Made by a program: the position numbers and the translations under genes
DNA from: a bacterium
Lineage (GTDB): Bacteria; Bacillota_I; Bacilli_A; Erysipelotrichales; Erysipelotrichaceae
Direction: 5' to 3'
Length of the DNA: 58,609 nucleotides
Assembly: GCA_963621095.1 (NCBI GenBank)
Contig: CAVFDO010000001.1
Coordinates: forward strand, 1-58,609
Shown here: in pieces, positions 10,935 through 19,957 of the stretch
Layout of the letters: every line of letters starts with the position of its first letter
Numbering within the stretch: position 1 is the stretch's first letter
Notes under the pieces: model-generated
The model's database searches: none
The model's input: only the letters and a program-made list of their open reading frames with translations
What the model was told of the DNA's origin: nothing

Positions 10935-11831
10935 ATGAATTTCACCGAAACTGAACTAGCCGTTCCACACTATGATGATCCTAATATTCCATTACGTATC
11001 AAACACTATAAAAAAGTTAAAAATGATTTTGGAACACTCCCTCATTGGCATGATGATTATGAACTTGTTTATCTTTTAAAAGGACAATATGAATATAGAA
11101 TCAATGATGATCAATTGATTCTACAACCTGGTGACTTTCTATTCATTAACAGTAAAGTATTACATTATGATTTGGCTATGACAGATTCTATCGAAACTTA
11201 TATGATTGTATTTCAACCTTCTATTCTAACTGGCAATAAAACAATCTTTGATACTTTCTTAAAACCAATTCAAGGAATCAACCCAATTGAATATTTATAC
11301 TTTCCTAGAAACACAACACAATCTGAAGAATGTGGGAAATTGGTAAAAAAAATTGAACATTTATATACTGAACATAAACATTCCTATTATTTAACAGCGA
11401 TTGCGTATTTGATATTTATTATGAATATAATTATTGAAGAATTCGCAAATCGAAACCCAGCATTCAAACAAATCACACCTATGGGTGAAATGGAAAAGAA
11501 AATGATTACGTATATCTATGAACATTTTTCTGAAAAGATAACACTCAATGATATTGCGAATTCCGCAAATATTAATACACATACATGTTGTGATATATTC
11601 AAACATTACTTAAATACTTCACCAATTGCCTATCTCAACTCATTTCGATTAGATATGTCCACTAGACTATTAACAAATTCAAAAGCATCTGTACAATATA
11701 TTTCTTATTCCTGTGGATTTGACTCTAGTGCATATTTCATTAAGTTATTTAAAGAAAGATACGGAATGACACCAATACAATATAGAAAACAAATGAGCGA
11801 AAGGAAATCCAATGGAAAAATTCAAAATTAA
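10935..11831 (+). CDS. AraC-family transcriptional regulator
   Basis: N-terminal cupin HWHDDYE; C-terminal double HTH ending CGFDSSAYFIKLFKERYGMTP. Confidence 0.93.
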   Translation: MNFTETELAVPHYDDPNIPLRIKHYKKVKNDFGTLPHWHDDYELVYLLKGQYEYRINDDQLILQPGDFLFINSKVLHYDLAMTDSIETYMIVFQPSILTGNKTIFDTFLKPIQGINPIEYLYFPRNTTQSEECGKLVKKIEHLYTEHKHSYYLTAIAYLIFIMNIIIEEFANRNPAFKQITPMGEMEKKMITYIYEHFSEKITLNDIANSANINTHTCCDIFKHYLNTSPIAYLNSFRLDMSTRLLTNSKASVQYISYSCGFDSSAYFIKLFKERYGMTPIQYRKQMSERKSNGKIQN

Positions 11832-12267
11832 ACCACATCACTTTATGGATATTATCAAACTTTATGGAAAAGGAATAGAAGCATTTGTCCCCGACGAAAA
11901 GATGGGGCATGATTTTTACAAAGTAGCAAATCAAATCGTGCAAGATAAAAACACAATTCTTCAATTAACAATCTGTGGTGATGATATTTGTAAACCATGT
12001 AAATCATATAAAGAACATTGTATTGATCCTCTAACTAGAATTCCTGGATTCACTGCAAAGAATGAATACAACAAAACATTAGATAAAAGAATGATTGCGT
12101 TATTTCATTTAGATGAAAATAAACCATATTCCGCTAAAGACTTATGTACAATTTATCTAAACAATCATGATTTAATATTTCAAGTATGGAAAGAAGAAGA
12201 TTCTTCTATCACTCAAAAAAGACATGATTGGTTTGTTGAAGGGGCGAATAAATATCTGCAACCATGA
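11812..12267 (+). CDS. Cys/His-rich hypothetical protein (DUF1284-like)
   Basis: PHH near N-terminus and DDICKPC motif; overlaps the AraC stop. Confidence 0.55.
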   Translation: MEKFKIKPHHFMDIIKLYGKGIEAFVPDEKMGHDFYKVANQIVQDKNTILQLTICGDDICKPCKSYKEHCIDPLTRIPGFTAKNEYNKTLDKRMIALFHLDENKPYSAKDLCTIYLNNHDLIFQVWKEEDSSITQKRHDWFVEGANKYLQP

Positions 12268-12455
12268 AAAAATACCGGATGCCCCGTCCGGTATTGATTC
12301 AACTTTTTGCATGAATATGTGCTTGAGGAGGACACATCTATGCTTTTCACCGGAGTATTATGCCATTTACGTTTGCCCAAACGTTTCTTCCGGTAGTTAA
12401 GCCACCATCTTAAGAAGTGTTTATTGGAAAGAGTGATGGTTAGCTCTAACTAACT
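12268..12455 (-). ncRNA. Candidate orphan sRNA (~185 nt) with three hairpins, a UCCUCCUC loop and its own terminator
   Basis: TTGACA at 12482-12487; no downstream gene on this strand; terminator AATACCGGA...TCCGGTATT with T-run at 12268-12295. Confidence 0.6.
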
Positions 12456-12460
12456 ATTAT

Positions 12461-12476
12461 GTTAGCGTATGCTAAC
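12461..12476. promoter_or_regulatory. Palindromic operator GTTAGC-N4-GCTAAC in the sRNA promoter spacer
   Basis: Perfect 6-bp inverted repeat between -35 and -10; resembles DtxR/MntR-type boxes (inference). Confidence 0.5.
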
Positions 12477-12525
12477 TTTGATGTCAACTCTTTTTCATGT
12501 TTTTTTTCAAAATTTGAGAGGCAAT

Positions 12526-12774
12526 TCAATCACTGTCTCTTTGATCGTTAAGTTTTGGAATCGCAATTGCCATCAAAGTACTCACGACCATTCCGGCAAC
12601 TCCTAACACAAAAACAAGAAAGAAACTCCAACCCCATATACTTCCATCATAGTTTTTTAGATCTGTGATTTCTTGCATTTTATTTGCGAATATGACAGCT
12701 ATTAATATATGAATTATCAAAATAATTGCGATAACAATTATCCAAAACAATACTGATGCATCTATTAGATTCAT
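12526..12774 (-). CDS. Small two-TM membrane protein
   Basis: Two hydrophobic segments; SD AGGAG. Confidence 0.7.
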   Translation of the reverse strand: MNLIDASVLFWIIVIAIILIIHILIAVIFANKMQEITDLKNYDGSIWGWSFFLVFVLGVAGMVVSTLMAIAIPKLNDQRDSD

Positions 12775-12785
12775 ACATTCTCTCC

Positions 12786-13622
12786 TTAAATTATTCCATA
12801 TTTCTTCATCGCATTTACTAATCCATTACGATTAATATCATCCGTGGTGTATTCTGCGATATTCTTTAATTCTTCTGCCGCATTACCCATTGCGATACTA
12901 TGTGCACATACTTCAAACATAGATTCATCATTCATCGAATCACCAAACGCAAAAGATTGTTTTGGATCACATCCTGAAAGTTCCATCATTCTTAAACAAC
13001 CTTGTCCTTTATTAACACCTTTATATGTTAACTCTCCTGTTGTAGCACCACCTCTACCATAGGAAGCTGATGTACAAACATAATCTAGTTGATCACTCTT
13101 TTCTTTTAACCATTGATTTTCTAATTCTTCATTTTGAAAACTCATATCACAAGCTATGACTGGAGAACCATCATATTCATGAATCGGTCTCATATTCCAT
13201 GCAGCTAATAGTTTTTGTTCTTCTTCATTAGAGCCTTCTGTAGATTTATGAACAGTATCTATGATTTCTTGATATTGTCCTAGACTGGCAAATAACTCAT
13301 TTTCACAAGATAACATCACTTCTGCTTTATATCTTTGTACTTGTTCATACCAATGTTTTAATACATCATTTGGAATAGGTGTCAAAATAGAATCTTTTCC
13401 TTTTTGTTTGATTCCTCCACCATCAGAAAAAACATAACCATCAAATCCAAGATCTAATAGTTCTGATATTCCTCCATAATTTCTACCTGTTGAAATAAAA
13501 CATAAATATCCATTGTTTTGTGCTTGATGAATCGCATCAATTACGCTATCTTCTGGCACAAGTTTTCCACTAGCACTATCCACTAATGTCCCATCAACAT
13601 CAAAAAATAAACAACCTTTCAT
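12786..13622 (-). CDS. Cof-type HAD phosphatase
   Basis: DVDGTL, STGR, GDSMND motifs. Confidence 0.9.
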   Translation of the reverse strand: MKGCLFFDVDGTLVDSASGKLVPEDSVIDAIHQAQNNGYLCFISTGRNYGGISELLDLGFDGYVFSDGGGIKQKGKDSILTPIPNDVLKHWYEQVQRYKAEVMLSCENELFASLGQYQEIIDTVHKSTEGSNEEEQKLLAAWNMRPIHEYDGSPVIACDMSFQNEELENQWLKEKSDQLDYVCTSASYGRGGATTGELTYKGVNKGQGCLRMMELSGCDPKQSFAFGDSMNDESMFEVCAHSIAMGNAAEELKNIAEYTTDDINRNGLVNAMKKYGII

Positions 13623-13630
13623 ACTTCCCC

Positions 13631-14461
13631 TTATATTAGTCCATAATGTTTTAACGCATTATAGATTCCATTTTCATCTACATCATCTGTAACGTAATTT
13701 GCTTTTTGTTTAATTTGATCGCTGCCATTTCCCATCGCAACGCCATGTCCTACGACTTCCATCATTTCTAAATCATTAGAACTATCCCCAAATCCATACG
13801 TATCTTTTGCGTCAACAGAAAACATATCTAATACTCTTTCAATTCCAGATCCTTTTGTTACACCATTTGCGGTAATTTCTCCACCAGTTCTACCCATACT
13901 AGCGTAGTAACCACCCGCAACGACTGTATGTAAAGAAGCTGGCACTCTAGCGAAAAAGATATCTGCAGTTAATTCACTTTGGAATGAAAAGTCCATTTTT
14001 TGAACACCTTCATTTTGGTATTCATCTATTAATTTCAAACCTCTTCTATCATAGTAAGCTTGAATATCTGAATCGATATTTCTCTCAAAGAAATGTTTGC
14101 CCATTCGAATTCTTTCGTTTTGATTTTGGTATGTATATGTAGTTGTTAATAATCCATATCCTCCACCTAGATTATCGCAAATACTCCTTAGTCTTTCGAC
14201 TGTACTTGGATGTAAATCTCTCGTTTCTAATATTTTTCCATTGTAGGCAATACCTGCACCATTAGAGAAAATAATTCCCGGCAATACAAGTTGATCAAAA
14301 TATTCTTGTGCCATGCGATAACCTCTACCAGTACAAATAAAACAATGATGGCCATTGTCCATTGCTTGATGAATACCATCGATTGCACTTTGTGGAATCT
14401 TTCTTTCTTTTCTAGAAATCAAAGTTCCATCCATATCAAAAAATAAATATTTTTCACTCAT
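13631..14461 (-). CDS. Cof-type HAD phosphatase
   Basis: DMDGTL, CTGR, GDSSND motifs; start MSEK at 14461. Confidence 0.9.
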   Translation of the reverse strand: MSEKYLFFDMDGTLISRKERKIPQSAIDGIHQAMDNGHHCFICTGRGYRMAQEYFDQLVLPGIIFSNGAGIAYNGKILETRDLHPSTVERLRSICDNLGGGYGLLTTTYTYQNQNERIRMGKHFFERNIDSDIQAYYDRRGLKLIDEYQNEGVQKMDFSFQSELTADIFFARVPASLHTVVAGGYYASMGRTGGEITANGVTKGSGIERVLDMFSVDAKDTYGFGDSSNDLEMMEVVGHGVAMGNGSDQIKQKANYVTDDVDENGIYNALKHYGLI

Positions 14462-15605
14462 GTATTTCTCCAATCTGATATTCAAAAGAATGAATATCTG
14501 CATTTATCATTTCTTCTTTTCTACCTAGCACTTCCATTAGAATTGAATAGATATTTTTATGGGACACTAATAATACATTTTCTTGATCATTACACATATC
14601 TGTAATATCTCTAATAAATTCTTTTAGTCTTTTTTTAATATCCTCAAGATTTTCTCCACCAACATTAGAATAATGTATATTTTTTAATTCTTCTGTTATA
14701 GGACTACCTTCAAGTTCTCCATAGTCGATGTCTTTTAGACGATCATCTGTTTGATATTTTTTTCCATCTAAAATAATATCTGTGGTATCTCTTGTTCTTT
14801 CACTTGTAGAGACAAAAATACGTTGAAAGGAAATCTCTTTCAGTTTTTCTTTTAATTGTTTTGCGTGTTGGATTCCCTTATTTGTGAGTGGTGAATCACA
14901 TTGTCCTTGCATTCGATTTTGTGTATCAAATAAAGTTTCACCATTCGAGATAAAGTAATAATGAATCTTTTTAGGAAAATGTATTTGTCTATATTCTTGT
15001 GCACTGATTGGTTCTTCTTTCATGTACCAATTTCCATCTTCATATGTAAATACACAAATCCCACAATTAGGCATCCATGGCTTATTTTGTGCATTTCTTT
15101 TTTCAACATACGCTTCTTGATCAAAGTTTAGCAGTGTCTTCATTAAATGCATGATATATGAACCATGAGAAACAATTAATACACGATCATGATCAGAACA
15201 ATTCTTTAATATCTTATCAAACGCAATTCTTGACCGTTGATCAAATAGCGCAGTAGATTCTCCATGGAATTCTGTCCAATCATCTCTCATTCTTTCGCCC
15301 CAAATTTGTGTGCGAAACTTTTCAATTGGTTCTCCATCTAAATCACCAAAATCAAACTCTTTTAATTCTTTCATACAGATTGGTTGAACATTTTGATAGG
15401 TACAAATAATTTGTGCTGTTTTTAAAGCTCTTTCTGATGAAGAAGTATAGGCATGTTGAAAGGATATATTTCTTAATACAGATGCGATTTCTTTTGCGTC
15501 TTCAATTCCTTGGCTTGTGAGTTGGGAATCACAGCTTCCTTGCATTCTACCAACTTGGTTAAAGATTGTTTGTCCATGTCTTACATAATAAAAATTTACT
15601 ATCAT
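14454..15605 (-). CDS. Histidine phosphatase family protein with two tandem domains
   Basis: Domain 1 has RHGQT...VSHG; domain 2 has SNGET...VSHK. Confidence 0.85.
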   Translation of the reverse strand: MIVNFYYVRHGQTIFNQVGRMQGSCDSQLTSQGIEDAKEIASVLRNISFQHAYTSSSERALKTAQIICTYQNVQPICMKELKEFDFGDLDGEPIEKFRTQIWGERMRDDWTEFHGESTALFDQRSRIAFDKILKNCSDHDRVLIVSHGSYIMHLMKTLLNFDQEAYVEKRNAQNKPWMPNCGICVFTYEDGNWYMKEEPISAQEYRQIHFPKKIHYYFISNGETLFDTQNRMQGQCDSPLTNKGIQHAKQLKEKLKEISFQRIFVSTSERTRDTTDIILDGKKYQTDDRLKDIDYGELEGSPITEELKNIHYSNVGGENLEDIKKRLKEFIRDITDMCNDQENVLLVSHKNIYSILMEVLGRKEEMINADIHSFEYQIGEIHE

Positions 15606-15648
15606 AAAAAACTCCAAAAATATTGTATCAAAAAACAGAAGAAACCTA

Positions 15649-16224
15649 TTACATCATTTCTTCTGCTTTTACTAAAATATTACAAATTGTATCTAAATGA
15701 TTTACTTGAAAGTATTTTTCTTCAAATGGAATCCATCTTTCGATAAACATATTCACTTTATCTGGATTTCTTTTTTGTATGCGTTGTAGTTGTAATTCCG
15801 GTTCAATTGTTAGATATATCAAATAATCATATAGCTTTCTTAAATCAGGATGCATAGAATAAGATCCTTCTATAATTGTATATTGTTTTTGTTTGATCAT
15901 TTTTGAGTGAGATACTGTAAATGTCTTACAATCAAATGGACTATAAACAATATCTTCATTTGTATGTAACTTTAAACCTATTTCTTCATAGAATCTTTCT
16001 CTATCAACATTTCCACCTGGTTCTTCAAATCTTTCTTTTGTGCGTTGTTCTACACGCAAAAAGTAATCATCCATATGAAATACATTTGCATCTAATTCTT
16101 CTGCGAGATTTTGCGCTAAAGTTGTTTTTCCTGAAGCACATCTACCATCAATTGCGATAATAACTTTTTCTTGATGAATATTTTGAATATCTTTGATCAT
16201 TTGATTTAATATTTGTTGGTTCAT
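15649..16224 (-). CDS. Uridine kinase/PRK-like P-loop kinase
   Basis: IDGRCASGKTT, HMDDYF, IIEGSY. Confidence 0.8.
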   Translation of the reverse strand: MNQQILNQMIKDIQNIHQEKVIIAIDGRCASGKTTLAQNLAEELDANVFHMDDYFLRVEQRTKERFEEPGGNVDRERFYEEIGLKLHTNEDIVYSPFDCKTFTVSHSKMIKQKQYTIIEGSYSMHPDLRKLYDYLIYLTIEPELQLQRIQKRNPDKVNMFIERWIPFEEKYFQVNHLDTICNILVKAEEMM

Positions 16225-16240
16225 GTCATTATTCTACCAA

Positions 16241-16350
16241 AGAGAAAAGACCTTTTACAGGTCTCTCTCTTTTCTAAAATTTATTAAGGGGATAGAAATC
16301 ACTGATCATGTTTAGGGGCTTCATGTATCAGGGCAGATCATTTCTGCACT
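16241..16350 (-). ncRNA. Candidate ~110-nt sRNA or structured 3' UTR with CCCCU motifs and terminator
   Basis: Nested stems AGAAAT/ATTTCT, TGAT/ATCA, CATG/CATG with loop AAGCCCCUAAA; terminator AGAGACC...GGTCTTTTCTCTTT. Confidence 0.4.
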
Positions 16351-16386
16351 ATTAATATACAAAGTTTTTGTTTAGAAAATATGTCA

Positions 16387-17046
16387 TTAATTTGTGAAAT
16401 TATGTGATTCATCTTCTTGTTTCGTAAACAAAGAAATCATCCATTTACTATTAATACATGGGAACGTTAATTCATCTACCTCAAATAGTTCTTTATTAGC
16501 TTCTAATTCTTCATTTAATCCACTGACAGGTATTAGAAATGACATGCCTCTATCTTCTATACGAACATCAATCTTCATCACATCATCTTTTGTATACACA
16601 TAATCAATGGAAGTAACTTTCTTTGGATCGCCTTTACGACTATCTAAAAAATCAATAAAGCTATCATACTTCGCTAATTCTGCCGCAATATCATTCGCAC
16701 CATCTTCAAAGATTTGAATCTTTTCTACAAATTCTTTTACTGTAGAACATCTTCTGAGTGTATATCCTTTTTTGACTAATGGTTCTGCGAATGTCTTTAA
16801 TTGTGAACCAGTATCTTCACTTGAAACAAGGATTACAAATTGATGATCTTGGTCTTCATACAATAATGGATTTTGAATCATGAAATCTGAATGACAGTGT
16901 GGGCAAGAATGTTGAAAGATATCTCCTGATTTACAACGATCTTTTAAATCAGGATCTTGTCTTACGTTTACTGTATTATAGATTTCAATATCAAATTCTT
17001 TTTGACAATATGGGCATTTATATTTAATTGTTTGACTATTACTCAT
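16387..17046 (-). CDS. CpXC domain protein
   Basis: CPYC and CPHC motifs, PLLYED. Confidence 0.75.
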   Translation of the reverse strand: MSNSQTIKYKCPYCQKEFDIEIYNTVNVRQDPDLKDRCKSGDIFQHSCPHCHSDFMIQNPLLYEDQDHQFVILVSSEDTGSQLKTFAEPLVKKGYTLRRCSTVKEFVEKIQIFEDGANDIAAELAKYDSFIDFLDSRKGDPKKVTSIDYVYTKDDVMKIDVRIEDRGMSFLIPVSGLNEELEANKELFEVDELTFPCINSKWMISLFTKQEDESHNFTN

Positions 17047-17054
17047 ATGTTCTC

Positions 17055-17756
17055 CTAATTCTTTAATGAAATGCCATTAAAATCAATTCCTATTTCATTC
17101 ATTTCTTGAATCAATTGATTCATGACTTTACGTTGTTCTTTATCTAATTTCTTACCACCAAATAACGCAAATAATCTTAAACCATCATTAAAATATGGTA
17201 AGGCATATACAGGTTCTCCTTCATGAATTCCCATTTCATTCTGTGGTTCTTCTAATAAATCACCAACTAAGAACGGTCCTTTGATACCTGTGATTTTCAT
17301 TGCGTATTCACTGATGTTTAAATCATAAATCATTCCTACATAAACAACATCTGGATAATAAGAATCTCTTAATGGATCTAATCTTTGATCTTCTCTACTT
17401 TTTAAAATATCTTCATCAATGGTTTTGTCATGTTTTTCTAAGAATGCTTGGTTTTTTTCTACCATCGCATAATCTGTTTCCGCAATTCTCATTTCTTTAT
17501 AAAATACTTCATCAATACCAAATTCACCAAGCATCTTTTTGTTATTTAAACCACGTGTGCAATGTTCCCAACTTTCTCCAATCGAAAGTACATTAAAACG
17601 AACATAGCCATCTTTATCTATATAAGATGAACATAAGGCATAACAATCTTTATCATTTACTTTAATAACATGATTGAGATTAGCTGTAAGTTCATCTGCT
17701 TCTATGGTTATATATTTGTGATAATAATCTGTAAAGTTATATTCCGCAACTATCAT
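17055..17756 (-). CDS. Hypothetical protein
   Basis: Long ORF with SD GAGGA; no family recognised. Confidence 0.7.
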   Translation of the reverse strand: MIVAEYNFTDYYHKYITIEADELTANLNHVIKVNDKDCYALCSSYIDKDGYVRFNVLSIGESWEHCTRGLNNKKMLGEFGIDEVFYKEMRIAETDYAMVEKNQAFLEKHDKTIDEDILKSREDQRLDPLRDSYYPDVVYVGMIYDLNISEYAMKITGIKGPFLVGDLLEEPQNEMGIHEGEPVYALPYFNDGLRLFALFGGKKLDKEQRKVMNQLIQEMNEIGIDFNGISLKN

Positions 17757-17766
17757 TTCTTTCCTC

Positions 17767-17791
17767 AAAAAACAGGACGTAAGTCCTGTTT
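17767..17791 (-). terminator. Rho-independent terminator
   Basis: AAACAGGAC-GTAA-GTCCTGTTT hairpin. Confidence 0.7.
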
Positions 17792-17810
17792 CATTATAAC
17801 ATTGAATCTG

Positions 17811-18521
17811 TTAATCGTTACTTGATCTGCTTCCAAAGATTCTTAATACATATAAGAATATATTAATGAAATCTAGATACAATTCAAACGCACCATAAAT
17901 TGCGAGGTTTTCAGCTACTTGACCATAGCCTCCAACACTGTAATACATGGATTTCACTCTTTGCATATCCCAAGCTGTAAGTCCTAAGAAGATAATTACG
18001 CCTAAATAACTAATAAGTAAGCTATTTGCGAGTGCAGGAATAAACATAGAAGCAATTGTTGCGATAACTAACGCAATCAATCCACCCATCAACAATGTAG
18101 AGAATTTAGATAAATCTCTATTTGTTGTAGCACCAATCACTGCACAGCTTCCAAATAAAACTGCTGAGAAAGCAAACGCTCCAAATACTGCACCTTCTGT
18201 ATATACATATAACAATGTAGAGAAAGAGAATCCTGTTAAAGCAGCATAGGCTAGAAACAAGATATTCGCAGTCGAAGTTTTCATTGTTGTGATCTTAGAA
18301 GATAATCCAATGACTACTCCAAATTGTGCGATGATTAGTAAAATCGTTCCAATACCACCTGTTAAGCTATACCAGTAGTACCATGCATTTGTAAAATAAC
18401 AAACTGCTGCAACGATCGCTGTAACAGCTAGACCTAATCCCATCTTTCCAAAAACTTTTACGAGGTACGCATTGACATCATCTTGCGCAAATCCTCTTGC
18501 TTGTGTATTAAATTCACTCAT
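17811..18521 (-). CDS. Bax inhibitor-1/YccA family membrane protein
   Basis: About seven TM segments; AWDMQ and LYLDFINIFL motifs. Confidence 0.92.
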   Translation of the reverse strand: MSEFNTQARGFAQDDVNAYLVKVFGKMGLGLAVTAIVAAVCYFTNAWYYWYSLTGGIGTILLIIAQFGVVIGLSSKITTMKTSTANILFLAYAALTGFSFSTLLYVYTEGAVFGAFAFSAVLFGSCAVIGATTNRDLSKFSTLLMGGLIALVIATIASMFIPALANSLLISYLGVIIFLGLTAWDMQRVKSMYYSVGGYGQVAENLAIYGAFELYLDFINIFLYVLRIFGSRSSND

Positions 18522-18599
18522 TTTATACACCTTCCTTTCAATATATCTATAGTTTATATAACTCTATGCGAAAGTCAAACGACACCCACATTAGTTTGT

Positions 18600-19061
18600 C
18601 TAATTTGTATGATACCAATCTTGTAGGATTTGATTGAGTTCAGCGTCACATTTTATCGCATATACACCATTTTTATCTTTTTCACTGATGAGTATTTGTT
18701 TTCCATCAAAATAGATTCCTTGAATCAAATCTTTCTGAAATGGAAAATAATTGTTTCCTTTATGATATACAAACCAATGTTGTGAAATAGAGAAATGATG
18801 GATTGTTTGAAATGCTTCTGTATTGATTGAATCATCACAACGTTTCATCACTTTTTTATAAGAATGTAAAGAAGCAAAATATGTTAAGATCCATAACACA
18901 AAAAGCACTATGAAACTACCAATCATAAATATACCAATATGATTTGTATAATCTAATGAAGGAATAATCAACCATAAAACAAGTATGATTAATGTCCACC
19001 AAAGTGTAACCCAACCTAACATTTCTTTTTGAATATCTTTTTTTATCTTATTTGTTATCAT
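18600..19061 (-). CDS. Hypothetical membrane protein
   Basis: Two N-terminal TM segments; start overlaps the miaA stop. Confidence 0.7.
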   Translation of the reverse strand: MITNKIKKDIQKEMLGWVTLWWTLIILVLWLIIPSLDYTNHIGIFMIGSFIVLFVLWILTYFASLHSYKKVMKRCDDSINTEAFQTIHHFSISQHWFVYHKGNNYFPFQKDLIQGIYFDGKQILISEKDKNGVYAIKCDAELNQILQDWYHTN

Positions 19062-19957
19062 AAATTACCTTCTAAGAATGCATCAATTTCTTTCCAAATA
19101 TCATCTTCTGAATTTGTAACATCATACCATCTAACTGGCATTTGATGTTTAAACCATGTGTATTGTCTTTTCGCAAAGTTTCTAGAATTCTTTTGAATTA
19201 TTTGTTTTACTTCTTCTATTGTCATATTTCCTTGGAAATAATCTTTCCATTCTTTGTATCCAATGCCTTCCATACATGTATCCGTAAATAAAACACCTTG
19301 ATCTAATAATGTTTTAATTTCATCTTCCAATCCATCGTCAAACATGTTATCTACTCTTTGATTGATTCTTTGATATAAGGATTCTCTATCCATTGTGCAT
19401 CCAATGATAAATGGATCATAGAGTAATTCATGTTTTTGTTCTTTTTCAATTTCACTTTGTGTTTTACCAGTATTCTTTTGAATTGTTAATGAGCGAATAA
19501 CACGTCTTCTGTTATTTGGATGAATCTTCAATGCTTGTTCAGGATCACTTTCTCGTAACATTGCATATAATTGTTCATTTGTATAAGATTCCAACTCAGG
19601 ATCATACGCTTCTGCTTCTTCTTTATTGAAGGAATAATCATACAAACAAGCTTTCAAATATAATCCTGTTCCACCACAAATAATCATTGGTTTCTCACTT
19701 TGATCCATCAGATCTCTCGCCATTGTTTGAAATATCGAAACGTTATATGCTTCCTTTGGAGAAAGAATATCAATTAAATGATGCGGAATTCCACACATTT
19801 CTTCTTTCGTTACTTTTCCACTTCCAATATCTAATCCTCGATATACTTGGATAGAATCTCCAGATATAATTTCTAAACCATATTTCATTGCGATTTCAAT
19901 AGAGAATGAAGTTTTACCTACAGCTGTTGGTCCAGCAATTACGATTACTTTTTTCAT
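19058..19957 (-). CDS. miaA: tRNA dimethylallyltransferase
   Basis: GPTAVGKT, DSIQVYRGLDIGSGK, GGTGLY, HPNN, FAKRQYTWF. Confidence 0.97.
   Translation of the reverse strand: MKKVIVIAGPTAVGKTSFSIEIAMKYGLEIISGDSIQVYRGLDIGSGKVTKEEMCGIPHHLIDILSPKEAYNVSIFQTMARDLMDQSEKPMIICGGTGLYLKACLYDYSFNKEEAEAYDPELESYTNEQLYAMLRESDPEQALKIHPNNRRRVIRSLTIQKNTGKTQSEIEKEQKHELLYDPFIIGCTMDRESLYQRINQRVDNMFDDGLEDEIKTLLDQGVLFTDTCMEGIGYKEWKDYFQGNMTIEEVKQIIQKNSRNFAKRQYTWFKHQMPVRWYDVTNSEDDIWKEIDAFLEGNL

Noticed and set aside
12340..12396. Plus-strand 18-aa ORF MLFTGVLCHLRLPKRFFR with GAGGAGG upstream
   Set aside because: No plus-strand promoter or terminator evident; the SD is more simply the complement of the sRNA anti-SD loop. 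Not fully excluded
12268..12455. 6S RNA or riboswitch
   Set aside because: No end-to-end long duplex with central bubble, and no downstream gene on either strand to regulate
16241..16350. PyrR attenuator for the uridine-kinase-like gene
   Set aside because: No ARUCCAGAGAGGYU-type PyrR loop, and the kinase has its own -10 after the terminator
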